Source of the DNA: Chloroflexota bacterium
GTDB taxonomy: Bacteria > Chloroflexota > Dehalococcoidia > Lucifugimonadales > JADFKI01
Assembly: GCA_027623195.1 (NCBI GenBank)
Contig: JAQBUT010000013.1
Location: 23,062-87,061 of the forward strand
Length of the DNA: 64,000 nt
Reading direction: 5' to 3'
Shown: positions 37,655 through 47,751 of the stretch, in pieces
Numbering within the stretch: the stretch's first letter is position 1
Layout of the letters: every line of letters starts with the position of its first letter
The notes under the pieces: generated by a model
Told to the model about the DNA's origin: nothing
The model's input: only the letters and a program-made list of their open reading frames with translations
Databases searched by the model: none
Program-made: the position numbers and the translations under genes

Positions 37655-38451
37655 TGACTCAAAGCAAGCCACCAGTACAGGCCTCGCTTTTCGTCACCTG
37701 CATCATAGACCAGTTCTACCCTGATGTCGGCGAGAGCATGGTGCGGGTGCTGGAACGGCTGGGCGTGAAGTTGGACTTTCCTCAGGCCCAGACCTGCTGC
37801 GGGCAGCCAGCCTATAACGCCGGTTTCTGGAGCGACGCAAAGCCTCTTGCCAGAAGGGTGTTGGACCAGTTTCAGCATTCCGAATACGTGGTGGTGCCAT
37901 CCGGCTCCTGCGCCAGCATGATACGCGTCTTTTACCCCGAACTCTTCCACGAAGAACCAGAGTCTTTACAGAAGGCCACGTCACTGGCCAAACGTACTTT
38001 CGAACTCTCCGAATTCATCGTAGACGTTCTGGGAGTGACAGACCTTCGGCACCTCTCAGGGGATGTCGCCGCGTCGGAAAGCAAAAAAATCACCTATCAC
38101 GAGGCCTGTCACCTGCGTCGGGAACTGGGCGCGACAACCCAGTCGAGGGCGCTGATTCGTTCGTTGCCGGGCATCGAGCTGGTGGAGATGGATCAGGCCG
38201 AGGTGTGCTGCGGCTTTGGCGGCACCTTCTCCGTCAAGTATCCAGATATATCCGGCGCCATGCTGCAGGACAAGTTGGACCGAATCAAGGCCACGGGGGC
38301 GTCGTCCGTTGTCGCCTGCGATTGCAGTTGCCTTATGCAAATCGGGGGAGGGCTGGAAAAGGGCGGCTCCAATGTTCGCTCGGTGCACCTGGCTGAGCTG
38401 CTGGATGACGCCATAGGAAAGACAGTTCGTCCCGACAGCAGATTGGGTTAG
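37654..38451 (+). CDS. lutA: LutA/YkgE CCG-domain Fe-S subunit
   Basis: FVTC, QTCCGQP, PSGSC, YHEACH, CCGFGGTFSVK. Confidence 0.9.
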   Translation: MTQSKPPVQASLFVTCIIDQFYPDVGESMVRVLERLGVKLDFPQAQTCCGQPAYNAGFWSDAKPLARRVLDQFQHSEYVVVPSGSCASMIRVFYPELFHEEPESLQKATSLAKRTFELSEFIVDVLGVTDLRHLSGDVAASESKKITYHEACHLRRELGATTQSRALIRSLPGIELVEMDQAEVCCGFGGTFSVKYPDISGAMLQDKLDRIKATGASSVVACDCSCLMQIGGGLEKGGSNVRSVHLAELLDDAIGKTVRPDSRLG

Positions 38452-38461
38452 GGGAATCTAA

Positions 38462-39877
38462 ATGCAACCTCGCATAAAGCAGTTCCCTCAACTCGCCGCC
38501 GCCGCTCTTAAGGACGAGCAGATTCAGAACAATCTGCTAGGTCTTTACAACGGTTTCCACCAGGCCCGCATCGCCGCATCCGAGGCCACGCCCAACTGGG
38601 ATGAACTCAGCGATCGCGGGCGCGCAATAAAGGCCCACACAATCGACAACCTGGACTACTACCTTGAGATGGTGGAACGTACCGTAACGGCTGCCGGAGG
38701 CAAGGTTTTCTTCGCCAAGGACTCCGACGAGGCTACCCAGTACGTGATAGAGGTTGCAAAGGCCAGGGGCGTTAAGCTCGCAATCAAGGGGAAGTCCATG
38801 GTCTCGGAAGAGATGGGCCTCAACCATAGATTGGAAGAAGCAGGCATAGAGCCGGTCGAAACTGACCTGGGTGAGTACATCATCCAGTTGGCCGACGAGA
38901 CGCCGTTCCACATCATTGCTCCCGCCATACACAAGTCCAAAGAACAGGTTTCGGACCTGTTTCAGGAAAAGCTGGGTACTCCGCCCATGACGGAGATTTC
39001 AGACCTAGCCGCTGAGGCCCGTCGTCAGCTTCGTAAGAAGTTTATCGAAGCGGATATGGGTATAACGGGAGCAAATTTTGTGGTGGCCGAGACGGGTACA
39101 GTGGCGCTGGTGACCAACGAGGGCAACGGGCGTATGTCTACATCCATGCCCAAGCTGCATATCGCCATTACAGGCATGGAGAAGGTACTTCCCTCGATAG
39201 AAGACCTGGGTATTATGCTCAGGCTGCTGATAAGGTCTGCCACCGGCCAGCGCATATCCAGCTACGTCACGACGGTTACTGGCCCGCGCAAGTCGGATGA
39301 CGAGGACGGGCCCGAGGAGTTTCACCTGGTGCTGGTGGACAACGGAAGGTCGAAACTGCTTGCCGACCCTGCGCTCAGGGAGTCGCTATACTGCATTCGA
39401 TGCGGTGCATGCCTCAACGCGTGCCCTGTGTACCGCAAGGTTGGAGGCCACGCTTATGGCTGGGTATATCCTGGACCGATAGGCGCTATCGTTTCGCCCA
39501 TGCTAACAGGACTTTCGGACGGCAAAGACCTGCCATACGCGTCTAGTCTTTGCGGCGCATGCAAAGAGGCCTGTCCCGTCAAGATCAACATACCTCGTAT
39601 GCTGCTTTACATGCGGCACCAACTCGCTGAAGGCGACAACTACCCAGAGCATAAGACGGCTCCATTAGGCGAGGCCATCACATTTAAGCTCTGGAGACTT
39701 TCTCTTTCCAACAGCCTTAGTCTTAAGATATTCAGCGGACTAGCGAGGCTGTTGCAGAAACCCTTCGCCAAGGACGGGCGCATTAACAAATTGCCGCCGC
39801 CGTTATCCGCCTGGACCAATCTGAGGACATTCCCTGCGCTGGCGTCACGGCCTTTCCGCAAACGCTGGAAAAGCTAA
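38462..39877 (+). CDS. lutB: LutB/LldF Fe-S subunit
   Basis: KSMVSEE, ETDLGEYIIQL, NEGNG, CIRCGACLNACP, SSLCGACKEACP. Confidence 0.93.
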   Translation: MQPRIKQFPQLAAAALKDEQIQNNLLGLYNGFHQARIAASEATPNWDELSDRGRAIKAHTIDNLDYYLEMVERTVTAAGGKVFFAKDSDEATQYVIEVAKARGVKLAIKGKSMVSEEMGLNHRLEEAGIEPVETDLGEYIIQLADETPFHIIAPAIHKSKEQVSDLFQEKLGTPPMTEISDLAAEARRQLRKKFIEADMGITGANFVVAETGTVALVTNEGNGRMSTSMPKLHIAITGMEKVLPSIEDLGIMLRLLIRSATGQRISSYVTTVTGPRKSDDEDGPEEFHLVLVDNGRSKLLADPALRESLYCIRCGACLNACPVYRKVGGHAYGWVYPGPIGAIVSPMLTGLSDGKDLPYASSLCGACKEACPVKINIPRMLLYMRHQLAEGDNYPEHKTAPLGEAITFKLWRLSLSNSLSLKIFSGLARLLQKPFAKDGRINKLPPPLSAWTNLRTFPALASRPFRKRWKS

Positions 39878-39880
39878 GCC

Positions 39881-40618
39881 ATGGACAGCAAGGAATTCAT
39901 AGCCAACGTGCGCCGCTCTCTTGGCCGCGAGGAGGGTAGTCAGGTTACGCCGTCTGAGGCGACTCACATGTCGCTTAGCAGTCAGCAGGTGGAGTCTTGG
40001 GCCCAAGCCATAACGCGTGGAATTGAAGCCCACGCCGATGAGTACATGGGGCAGCTTGAGAAGACTGCGGTTGAGGCCGGCTGGCGTGTGGCCAGATGTG
40101 CCACGGCTGCGCAGGCAGCGAGCCACATTCGCAATATCGTCAGGGATGTGGAGGCGACCTCGGTTTTGCACTCTGCCCACCCCGCCCTGGAGGCACTGCA
40201 TCTGGGGGAGACGTTGATTGGGACTGGGGCAAATCTAGAAGCTATGGTCCTCAATGATACTTCTGACAGGGAAGTTCAGCGCGATGCCTTGCGTCAAAAA
40301 GCCATCAACGCGGACATTGGAATTACGGGAGTTGACTACGCCATAGCCGAGACCGGGACTGCCGTTCTCCTTGCGCGAAAGGGCGTAAGCAGGGTTGTGT
40401 CGCTACTGCCTCCGGTGCACATCGCCGTGGTGGAGAAGGGCCAGGTGCTCCCTAGCCTGGACGAGCTGTTCACTCTGCGGCGCAAGGAATTCTTGCACAA
40501 CAATCTGGGCAGCTACATGAACCTCATTAGCGGGCCAAGCCGCTCCGCCGATATCGAATACCAGCTTGTTACAGGCGTGCACGGTCCAGGCGAGGTACAC
40601 ATGGTGCTTATCGGCTAG
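39881..40618 (+). CDS. lutC: LutC/YkgG LUD-domain protein
   Basis: AIAETGT, SLLPPVHIA, ISGPSRSADIE..LVTGVHGP. Confidence 0.9.
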   Translation: MDSKEFIANVRRSLGREEGSQVTPSEATHMSLSSQQVESWAQAITRGIEAHADEYMGQLEKTAVEAGWRVARCATAAQAASHIRNIVRDVEATSVLHSAHPALEALHLGETLIGTGANLEAMVLNDTSDREVQRDALRQKAINADIGITGVDYAIAETGTAVLLARKGVSRVVSLLPPVHIAVVEKGQVLPSLDELFTLRRKEFLHNNLGSYMNLISGPSRSADIEYQLVTGVHGPGEVHMVLIG

Positions 40619-40625
40619 TAAGCCG

Positions 40626-41774
40626 TCAGACTCCGAAAACCCTGACGCCTACCTGCATAAGCCGCAAGGCCTCCTCCACTGCCGTAGCCAGCAGTTCGGC
40701 CGCCCCCTCCGACGCCTCGTCCAACGTCATAGGCGATGTGACGATGGATGTCACCGCGTCTATGGCGTGCTCGTGCACGTCGCGGAACCCGCCCCCCAAC
40801 GAACCGGCAATTGCAATGACAGGTATGCCCAGTTTGCTGGCTCGACCCGCTACACCAACGGGAGACTTGTTGTAGATGGTGGAGTGGTCGATGGCCCCCT
40901 CCCCGGTGATAACAAGATCGCTACCTGGCAAGTAATCATCCAGACCCACCGTGTCCAGAACGATGTCCACACCCGCCCGCAGTTCTCCTTTGGCAAATGC
41001 GATTAGTCCGCCCCCCAGTCCGCCGGCTGCGCCTGAGCCGGGCACGTTTTCGATGTCCGCTCCAATGTCTCGCTTTACGATGCGCGCGAAGTGGGCCAGT
41101 GCCGCATCAAGCTCCTCTATCATCTCAGGGGTGGCTCCCTTTTGCGGACCGTAAATTGCCGAAGCGCCCGTAGGTCCGGTAAGGGGATTGTTTACGTCGC
41201 ATGCCACCAAGAACTCAGATTCGCGTACTCGGCCATCCAGCCCAGACATGTCGATGCTATGCAGGTTGGCCAGCGCCGCTCCGCCGTGGGGGAGGGGATC
41301 ATCATGCTCATCGAGAAGCCTTACGCCTAACGCCTGCGCCATGCCCGCGCCGCCGTCGTTCGTGGCGCTTCCTCCGATTCCAATTATGAAACGGCGAAAC
41401 CCATCGTCCAACGCCTTGCGGATGGTCTGGCCCAGTCCGTAGGTCGTCGCCGACATGGGATCGCGTTTGTCTAACGGCACCAGGGCCAGTCCGGACGTAC
41501 GTGCCATTTCGATGACAGCGGTTCGGCCATCGCCCATGGCGCCCCACTCAGCCGAGCGTTGCTCCCCCAGCGGCCCCGTCACTTCGATGGACCGGATCTC
41601 ACCGCCGGAGCCTTCAACCAGCGTTTCCAGGGTGCCGTCCCCGCCATCAGCGACAGGCACCATTTCGACTACGGCATCGGGAACGATTCTCAGGACGCCT
41701 TCGCGCATGGCACGAGCAACGTCCAGGGCGGAGATACTGCCTTTGAAGGCTTGGGGAGCGATGACAATTTTCAT
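40626..41774 (-). CDS. garK: Glycerate kinase (GlxK/GarK family)
   Basis: IAPQAFKGS, ADGGDGT, GIGGSATNDGGAG, YGPQKGA, GAAGGLG, TGEG. Confidence 0.92.
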   Translation of the reverse strand: MKIVIAPQAFKGSISALDVARAMREGVLRIVPDAVVEMVPVADGGDGTLETLVEGSGGEIRSIEVTGPLGEQRSAEWGAMGDGRTAVIEMARTSGLALVPLDKRDPMSATTYGLGQTIRKALDDGFRRFIIGIGGSATNDGGAGMAQALGVRLLDEHDDPLPHGGAALANLHSIDMSGLDGRVRESEFLVACDVNNPLTGPTGASAIYGPQKGATPEMIEELDAALAHFARIVKRDIGADIENVPGSGAAGGLGGGLIAFAKGELRAGVDIVLDTVGLDDYLPGSDLVITGEGAIDHSTIYNKSPVGVAGRASKLGIPVIAIAGSLGGGFRDVHEHAIDAVTSIVTSPMTLDEASEGAAELLATAVEEALRLMQVGVRVFGV

Positions 41775-42165
41775 AACGCCGGACATTATAGCACCAGCCA
41801 TTTACTGGGCGGCGTTAACCCTCTGCCATCTGGGGGACAGGAAAATTAAATTGCAGGCCTGAAATCAGCGTTTTGATGGAAATTCTTGCGAACGTAGGTT
41901 CCGAATTTTTTTCAGCCCGAATCGCCCCACCCAGTGTAGACAGTAGTGTGCCATTAAATTCGTGGCTCTACGGCCCATTTCAGAAGCGCTATTTTTCCAC
42001 CCCTGTAGCATGCGGCTTAGAGATAAGGTTGGATGGGTCTAGTGCCATGAAGGGCAAAAAGGGCCGCGCTTGCCTTCTGGCGATAGGGTCTCGGCGTGAA
42101 AAGAGGATCTCCATGTATGACAAATGGGATTTCGAAATAAGACCTCGCAGGCCAAGGCCTCACGG

Positions 42166-42198
42166 CATATTGACAATATGGTCATATGTCCGTAGATT
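42166..42198 (+). promoter_or_regulatory. Promoter with palindromic operator over the -35
   Basis: TTGACA-17-TAGATT; CATATTG-A-CAATATG palindrome at 42166-42180. Confidence 0.7.
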
Positions 42199-42207
42199 AA
42201 TAGTGTT

Positions 42208-42531
42208 ATGACTACTTCAAATGAACAGCCAACACGACAAATATATGCTTCTGTGCGGGAAGACCTGTACCTGGCCGCCAAGGCCCGGGCCACCGAACTA
42301 AGGATCCCCTTGCGAAGGTTCTTGGAGGACGCCCTGGAGCTGGCGCTTGCTGGACGTGCCGGAGCGTCAGGCCCAAAGGCCTTCGAGATGCACGAGCCGA
42401 CGCAGCCATCCATATGGGAAGACGAGTACGTACGAATGCAGAGTCAGCAGGCAGTCGGGTCGCCTGTGGACCTTTCGGAGGACGAGGCCAAGCAGCTGAT
42501 CCGCGAGAGCTTTGGCAGGGGAGACGCGTAG
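42208..42531 (+). CDS. Ribbon-helix-helix-like DNA-binding protein (antitoxin-like)
   Basis: RQIYASV strand followed by EDLYLAAKARA and LRRFLEDAL helices; acidic tail. Confidence 0.6.
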   Translation: MTTSNEQPTRQIYASVREDLYLAAKARATELRIPLRRFLEDALELALAGRAGASGPKAFEMHEPTQPSIWEDEYVRMQSQQAVGSPVDLSEDEAKQLIRESFGRGDA

Positions 42532-42533
42532 CT

Positions 42534-42923
42534 GTGGCGGATATTCTGGTCGACAATACGCTATTCGAAGACTTTCGGAAAGGTGATGGCGGCGCGAAAG
42601 GTGTGATCGACACCATTATCGATGGCGAGGTGACAGCGGCCATTTCGCCACTGACGGTTTTTCACCTGTGGAATGAGTCTGAGATGGACCGCCGCACGGA
42701 AATTGCTTATAGCAGCATACTCACCTTTATGGAAGAGGCGCCATTCACCATAGCGGCCTCCAGGCAGGCTGGCCTGTGGATCGCCTCGGCCGAAGCAGAC
42801 CAACGGGGAAGACTGGTCTACTTTGCCATGCTAGCGGCCACGGCCAAAGAGCGCGGTGAGGTGATATGTACCCGTAACTCCAACCCGTACTCTAGTTTCT
42901 ACAGTAACTTCACCGCATATTAG
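42534..42923 (+). CDS. PIN-domain (VapC-like) protein, degenerate
   Basis: ILVDN, AISPLT, LAATA...ICTRN PIN topology. Confidence 0.65.
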   Translation: MADILVDNTLFEDFRKGDGGAKGVIDTIIDGEVTAAISPLTVFHLWNESEMDRRTEIAYSSILTFMEEAPFTIAASRQAGLWIASAEADQRGRLVYFAMLAATAKERGEVICTRNSNPYSSFYSNFTAY

Positions 42924-43090
42924 GGCCCCACATAGAATGATCTGCCGATACGACGTATTACAGTTATTCTGCATAATCTAACCAAAACGCAAAAAACTCG
43001 TATTTAGCACCGATTTGCCATTTACCGCGCAGCCCAGTACCATCGCATCTCAACCCGCCTCGTTTTGAGAACTGCATATCAGGTGCAAAC

Positions 43091-44467
43091 ATGCGACGCA
43101 AATTGGCGCTGCTTCTTGTAACACTGGGCTTCGGCGGATTCCTCGCCATTTATAACCTCACGCCTGTTGCAGGCTCTGACCACACGGCAGCCGTCATTAC
43201 TTTGGACGGTGCCATAGATACCATATCGGCCGACTTCCTAGCCCGGGCCATCACCTCTGCTTTCAAAGGCGGCCACAGCTTTCTAATAGTTAGCCTGGAC
43301 ACGCCGGGAGGCACCTTGGAGTCTACAAGGGACATTGTCGAGGGCCTGTTGGCGTCGCCAATTCCAGTGGTGGTGTACGTTTCCCCGCCAGGAGCGCAGG
43401 CGGCTTCCGCCGGGACATTCGTGACATCCGCCGGTCATGTGGCCGCCATGGCCCCGGCCACCAATATTGGCGCGGCCTCCCCTGTGGCGGCAGGTGGAGC
43501 GGACTTGCCCGAAACGATAAAAGACAAGGTAACTGGGGACACGGCGGCCCTATTACGCGGCATTGCCCGAGAGCGAGGTCGCAACGCAAAGGCCCTGGAG
43601 GAGACCGTGCTCAGCGCGGCGTCATATACGGCCGCTGAAGCCCTGGAGAGCGGTGTGGTGGATATCATGGCGCAGGACCTGGACGATTTACTGGCTCAGT
43701 TAGATGGCATGACCGTGCAATTAAAATCAGGCCCCGTCACATTGCGAACCGACGGCGTGCGGCTCGTGACCATCACGAGAACGCCCGTGGAGCGGTTCCT
43801 GGGCATGATTGCCAATCCTGACATTGCATTCTTGCTACTGTCTATTGGTGGAATGGGTATTCTCATAGAACTCCTTAGTCCCGGTCTGATGGGCCCAGGT
43901 ATCGTTGGGCTCATCGCCCTGGCTTTGGCCTTCGCGGTCCTGGGCAATATGCCGGTTAACTGGGTTGGCGTTGGCCTTATACTACTGGCCATGTCCCTGT
44001 TTTATCTGGAGGCGCAGGCTCCGGGAATTGGAGTATTCGGTATTGGGGGAGCCGTAAGCTTCATATTAGGGGCGTTCCTTCTGTTTGGAAACCTGAGCTT
44101 TGGCCCAACCGCCCCCCAGCTTCCGGCTGCCCCTAGGGTCGAGATAAGCCTGTGGGCTCTGGGCACAGTAACCGTGCTGCTGCTCACTTCCGCATTTCTA
44201 ACGGGCAGGGCGATGCTTCAAGCGAAAACAGCCGTCGTCTACGCAGGCGCAACAACTTCTGGAAATTTGGTGGGTCAGATTGGCCATGCAACATCTGACC
44301 TACACCCCCGTGGCACCGCGTACGTGGGGGGTGAGGAGTGGACCGCCGAGTCCGATGATGGCGAACCTATACAAAACGGTAAAGAGGTACTGGTGCTAGG
44401 CGTAGAGGGCCTTGTGCTAAAGGTTTTCCAGGCCGACAAAGATACATCATTAGGAGAGAAGATATGA
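43091..44467 (+). CDS. nfeD: Long-form NfeD membrane serine protease
   Basis: DTPGG, AASAG, NIGAASP, TM region, C-terminal OB domain (GEEWTAES). Confidence 0.9.
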   Translation: MRRKLALLLVTLGFGGFLAIYNLTPVAGSDHTAAVITLDGAIDTISADFLARAITSAFKGGHSFLIVSLDTPGGTLESTRDIVEGLLASPIPVVVYVSPPGAQAASAGTFVTSAGHVAAMAPATNIGAASPVAAGGADLPETIKDKVTGDTAALLRGIARERGRNAKALEETVLSAASYTAAEALESGVVDIMAQDLDDLLAQLDGMTVQLKSGPVTLRTDGVRLVTITRTPVERFLGMIANPDIAFLLLSIGGMGILIELLSPGLMGPGIVGLIALALAFAVLGNMPVNWVGVGLILLAMSLFYLEAQAPGIGVFGIGGAVSFILGAFLLFGNLSFGPTAPQLPAAPRVEISLWALGTVTVLLLTSAFLTGRAMLQAKTAVVYAGATTSGNLVGQIGHATSDLHPRGTAYVGGEEWTAESDDGEPIQNGKEVLVLGVEGLVLKVFQADKDTSLGEKI

Positions 44468-45312
44468 TTCCATTTTTCAAGATCGTCCAACAATATGAGT
44501 TGCTCGCCGTGTTCTGGTTGGGCAAATTTATCGGTTTGAAGCAGCCGGGATTGCATCCATTGCTTTGGCCGTTCCACACAACTCAAACCATAGACATGCG
44601 CGAGGACGTCATCGACATTCCACGCCAGACCAATATCACCAGCGACAATGCGCCCATTGACATCGACTTCCTGGTATATCTCCGTGTGATGCAAGAGCAG
44701 GCAGAGAGGTCGGTCCTGGAGGTCGTTGACTACCGCGCCGCTGTGGTGGGCATCGCGACGACGACCCTACGCGCTGTCATCGGCGAGATGCCCCTGGACG
44801 ACGTGCTGTCCCAGCGGGAGCGCATAAACGAGGAGTTGCGCCAGAAGCTAGACGAGATTACGGAACGCTGGCGAATCAAGGTTACCCAGGTAGAGATCCG
44901 GGAGATCGAGCCGGCCAGAGACATTCAGGAGGCCATGAACAGGCAGATGGCCGCCGAGCGCCTTCGACGCGCTACCGTGATAGAGGCGGAGGGCGCCAGG
45001 GAGGCCTCGATCACGAGGGCAGAGGGAGAGAGGCAGGCGGCGATATTGACGGCCGAGGGAGCTCGACAGAGCGAAATTCTGAAGGCCGAGGGAGACCAGC
45101 AGGCCTCTGTACTGCGGGCGGAGGGCTTCAGCCTAGCCCTAGACCGCATATACAGCGTGGCGCAGAACATCGACGCGAATACGCTAAGCCTGCAGTACTT
45201 CGAGACCCTTCAGAAGCTAGGGGAAAGCTCCTCCACCAAGTTCGTGCTCCCAATGGAGCTCACCAGTCTGCTGGCACCGTTCATGCGAATGACCGGCGGT
45301 GGCTCTGAATAA
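44464..45312 (+). CDS. SPFH/band-7 (stomatin/QmcA-like) protein
   Basis: TTLRAVIG, LSQRERIN, AMNRQMAAER, AEG repeats. Confidence 0.92.
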   Translation: MIPFFKIVQQYELLAVFWLGKFIGLKQPGLHPLLWPFHTTQTIDMREDVIDIPRQTNITSDNAPIDIDFLVYLRVMQEQAERSVLEVVDYRAAVVGIATTTLRAVIGEMPLDDVLSQRERINEELRQKLDEITERWRIKVTQVEIREIEPARDIQEAMNRQMAAERLRRATVIEAEGAREASITRAEGERQAAILTAEGARQSEILKAEGDQQASVLRAEGFSLALDRIYSVAQNIDANTLSLQYFETLQKLGESSSTKFVLPMELTSLLAPFMRMTGGGSE

Positions 45313-45363
45313 CATTCGAATGTAACTGTCGTGAGGGCAGGGCAATAGCAATGGATTTGGATT

Positions 45364-45394
45364 AGGGCGGTTGATAAGACCGCCCTTTTTCTTT
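45364..45394 (+). terminator. Rho-independent terminator
   Basis: agggcggt/accgccct followed by T-tract. Confidence 0.8.
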
Positions 45395-45746
45395 GTCTGA
45401 TCGCCGGAAATTTGGACGGCTTTTTGCTCACGCTTTACACATTTTGAAAATAGTATAAAAGGCTAATGCTAGTTGTACAGAAAAAAGCTGTACAACGGTT
45501 AAACAAGGTCTTAAACCCCGTTCAAGAAATGACCCCATTTTCAATAACTTGTCTAAAAACTATGTTCTAGACAACCTCTAAACAGAGTATTGGAACTCGA
45601 AAAAGAGCCATCCAAAGCTATCATTAAAAGAAAATTGGGTATTGGCCGCTACTATGTCACAGGCGCGACCTGGTAGGGCGGGCGATGAGGAATGCAGGCA
45701 TCGGGGAAAACTTGGGCAAGAGAAGTGCCGATACTAGGGCTGAGGA

Positions 45747-47633
45747 CTAAACGTAGTTCTTGACTTGGCGGGCTAGTTTTAGGGTCATACCGGGGACGGC
45801 AGCCAGCTCCTCCGGTGAGGCGGCCTGAATGCCTTTCACGGAACCGAACTTGATCAACAGTAGACGTTTGCGCTTGGGGCCAACACCTGGGACCAGGTCT
45901 AAAGCCGACTCAACGCCCTTCTTGGAACGACGTTCACGGTGGAAGGTTATGGCAAATCGGTGGGCCTCATCTCGCGCCCTTTGGACTAGATATAGACCCT
46001 GAGACGTTCGTGGAAGCACTATGGGCTCCGCCATATGCGGGACGAACAGCTCTTCGTTCTCTTTGGCGAGACTAGCCAGAGGGATGTCGTTTATACCCAG
46101 GTCCAGGAACACGCTTAGAGCCGCGCCCAAGTGGCCTTTGCCACCGTCGATCAGCACCAGGTCTGGAGCGATTCCCCAGGACTCTTCGCTCTTGCTTTTG
46201 CGTAACGCTGCCCCCGCGTTTGCCGGGTCGTCCGAATTATTTTTGCCGTTAGCTTTTACTTTTGAGAAGCGCTTGAAACGGCGGGTGAGCATCTCTCGCA
46301 TGCTCGAATAGTCATCCGCGCCCTCCACCGTCTTGATCTTGAAGCGTCGATAGTGGTCGTTGCGCGGTTTGCCGTTTTCGAAGACCACCATGCTTCCGAC
46401 AGTGTTGGTTCCCTGGATATTGGAGATGTCGTAGCACTCGATGCGCTCAGGCAGGTTAGGCAGACTCAACGCCTCCTGGAGTTCTGACATGGCAGAGTCC
46501 ATGGCGGCAGTATCCGCCAATTGCTTCACTTTGAGCTGAGCGAAGCCCTGAGCAGCGTTTTCGGCTACCATCTCAACTAGTCGCCGTTTCTCGCCTCTCT
46601 GGGGCACCTGAATCCTCACAGTGCCTCGACGCTTCTCTTGGAGCCACTCTTCTATCGCGGCAGTGTCATCCAGTTGATGCTCCACCAGGATTTGGGGAGG
46701 AACGTATGGGGTGGCGTCGTAGAACTGCTTAACGAAGGCGGTCAGTATGTTGCCTGGCTCGTCGTCTTGCGTGCCGGCCATGAGGAAGTTGTCGCGGCCG
46801 ATAAGCTTGCCCTGGCGTATGAAGAATACCTCCACCCAAGCCTCTCGCAAGCCCGTGGATGCGGCGATCACGTCGATGTTCTCGGACGTTAGGTGCAGGA
46901 CCTTCTGTCCCTCGTGGACCTTCTCGATGGCCTGTAGCTGGTCCCTGAGGGCGGCGGCCTTCTCGAACTCCAGGGCGTCCGACGCATCGAGCATACGCCG
47001 CTCAATCGACTTCACGACCTCGTTCGTCTTGCCCTCCAAGAAGTATGTGACCTGGTCTATAACCTCGGCGTACTGCGCCTTATCCACTGCGCCGATGCAC
47101 GGGCCTACACAGCGGTTAATGAAAAAGTCCAGGCAGGGTCGTTCGTCGTTTCCAGTTATGGTTTTTGTGCACGATCGGTAGGGGAATAGCTTCTTCAGGA
47201 GGCTCAATGTGCGCCGCACGCTGCCCGCGTTGGCGAAAGGTCCGAAGTACTTCGACCCATCCTTTTTGATTCGCCGCGTGATGTACACCTGCGGATAATC
47301 TTCGGAAACGTCTATCTTGATAAATGGATAGCTCTTGTCGTCCTTGAGCCGCGCATTGTACTGAGGTTGGTGCTCCTTGATGAGGTTGCACTCAAGGATA
47401 AGGGCCTCTGACTCCGACTCCGCAACTATGTACTCGAAGTCCGCAACCTTGGCCACCATGCGAACAATCTTCGGAGGCAGGTTGGCGGAGGAGGCAAAGT
47501 ACGACCTTACGCGGTTGCGAAGGCTGGCTGCCTTGCCCACGTACAGAACCTTACCCGCCTTGTCCCGCATCAGGTAGACGCCGGGTTGGGTAGGTGTGGC
47601 TCGGAGGCGGTCTGAGAAATCGATTCGTTGCAT
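45747..47633 (-). CDS. uvrC: Excinuclease ABC subunit C
   Basis: GIY-YIG (GVY...YVGKA), YDISN, DGGKG, RDEAHRFA, HhH. Confidence 0.97.
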   Translation of the reverse strand: MQRIDFSDRLRATPTQPGVYLMRDKAGKVLYVGKAASLRNRVRSYFASSANLPPKIVRMVAKVADFEYIVAESESEALILECNLIKEHQPQYNARLKDDKSYPFIKIDVSEDYPQVYITRRIKKDGSKYFGPFANAGSVRRTLSLLKKLFPYRSCTKTITGNDERPCLDFFINRCVGPCIGAVDKAQYAEVIDQVTYFLEGKTNEVVKSIERRMLDASDALEFEKAAALRDQLQAIEKVHEGQKVLHLTSENIDVIAASTGLREAWVEVFFIRQGKLIGRDNFLMAGTQDDEPGNILTAFVKQFYDATPYVPPQILVEHQLDDTAAIEEWLQEKRRGTVRIQVPQRGEKRRLVEMVAENAAQGFAQLKVKQLADTAAMDSAMSELQEALSLPNLPERIECYDISNIQGTNTVGSMVVFENGKPRNDHYRRFKIKTVEGADDYSSMREMLTRRFKRFSKVKANGKNNSDDPANAGAALRKSKSEESWGIAPDLVLIDGGKGHLGAALSVFLDLGINDIPLASLAKENEELFVPHMAEPIVLPRTSQGLYLVQRARDEAHRFAITFHRERRSKKGVESALDLVPGVGPKRKRLLLIKFGSVKGIQAASPEELAAVPGMTLKLARQVKNYV

Positions 47634-47751
47634 ATGTACCAGTGTAGCTACTGCCGGCTATCCCTGTACATGCCGATGCGGTAATTAAAGGAGATCCGGC
47701 TAGACTGTGCCGCCCAGCCGGACCAGCTCTTGAGTTGCTTGTAGAAGGTGG

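Noticed and set aside
41873..42211. 112-aa ORF upstream of the RHH gene
   Set aside because: It runs through the promoter/operator and has atypical composition; probably non-coding.
45553..45570. Possible LexA (GAAC-N4-GTTC) box near uvrC
   Set aside because: The spacing is N3, and the site is downstream of uvrC rather than in its promoter.
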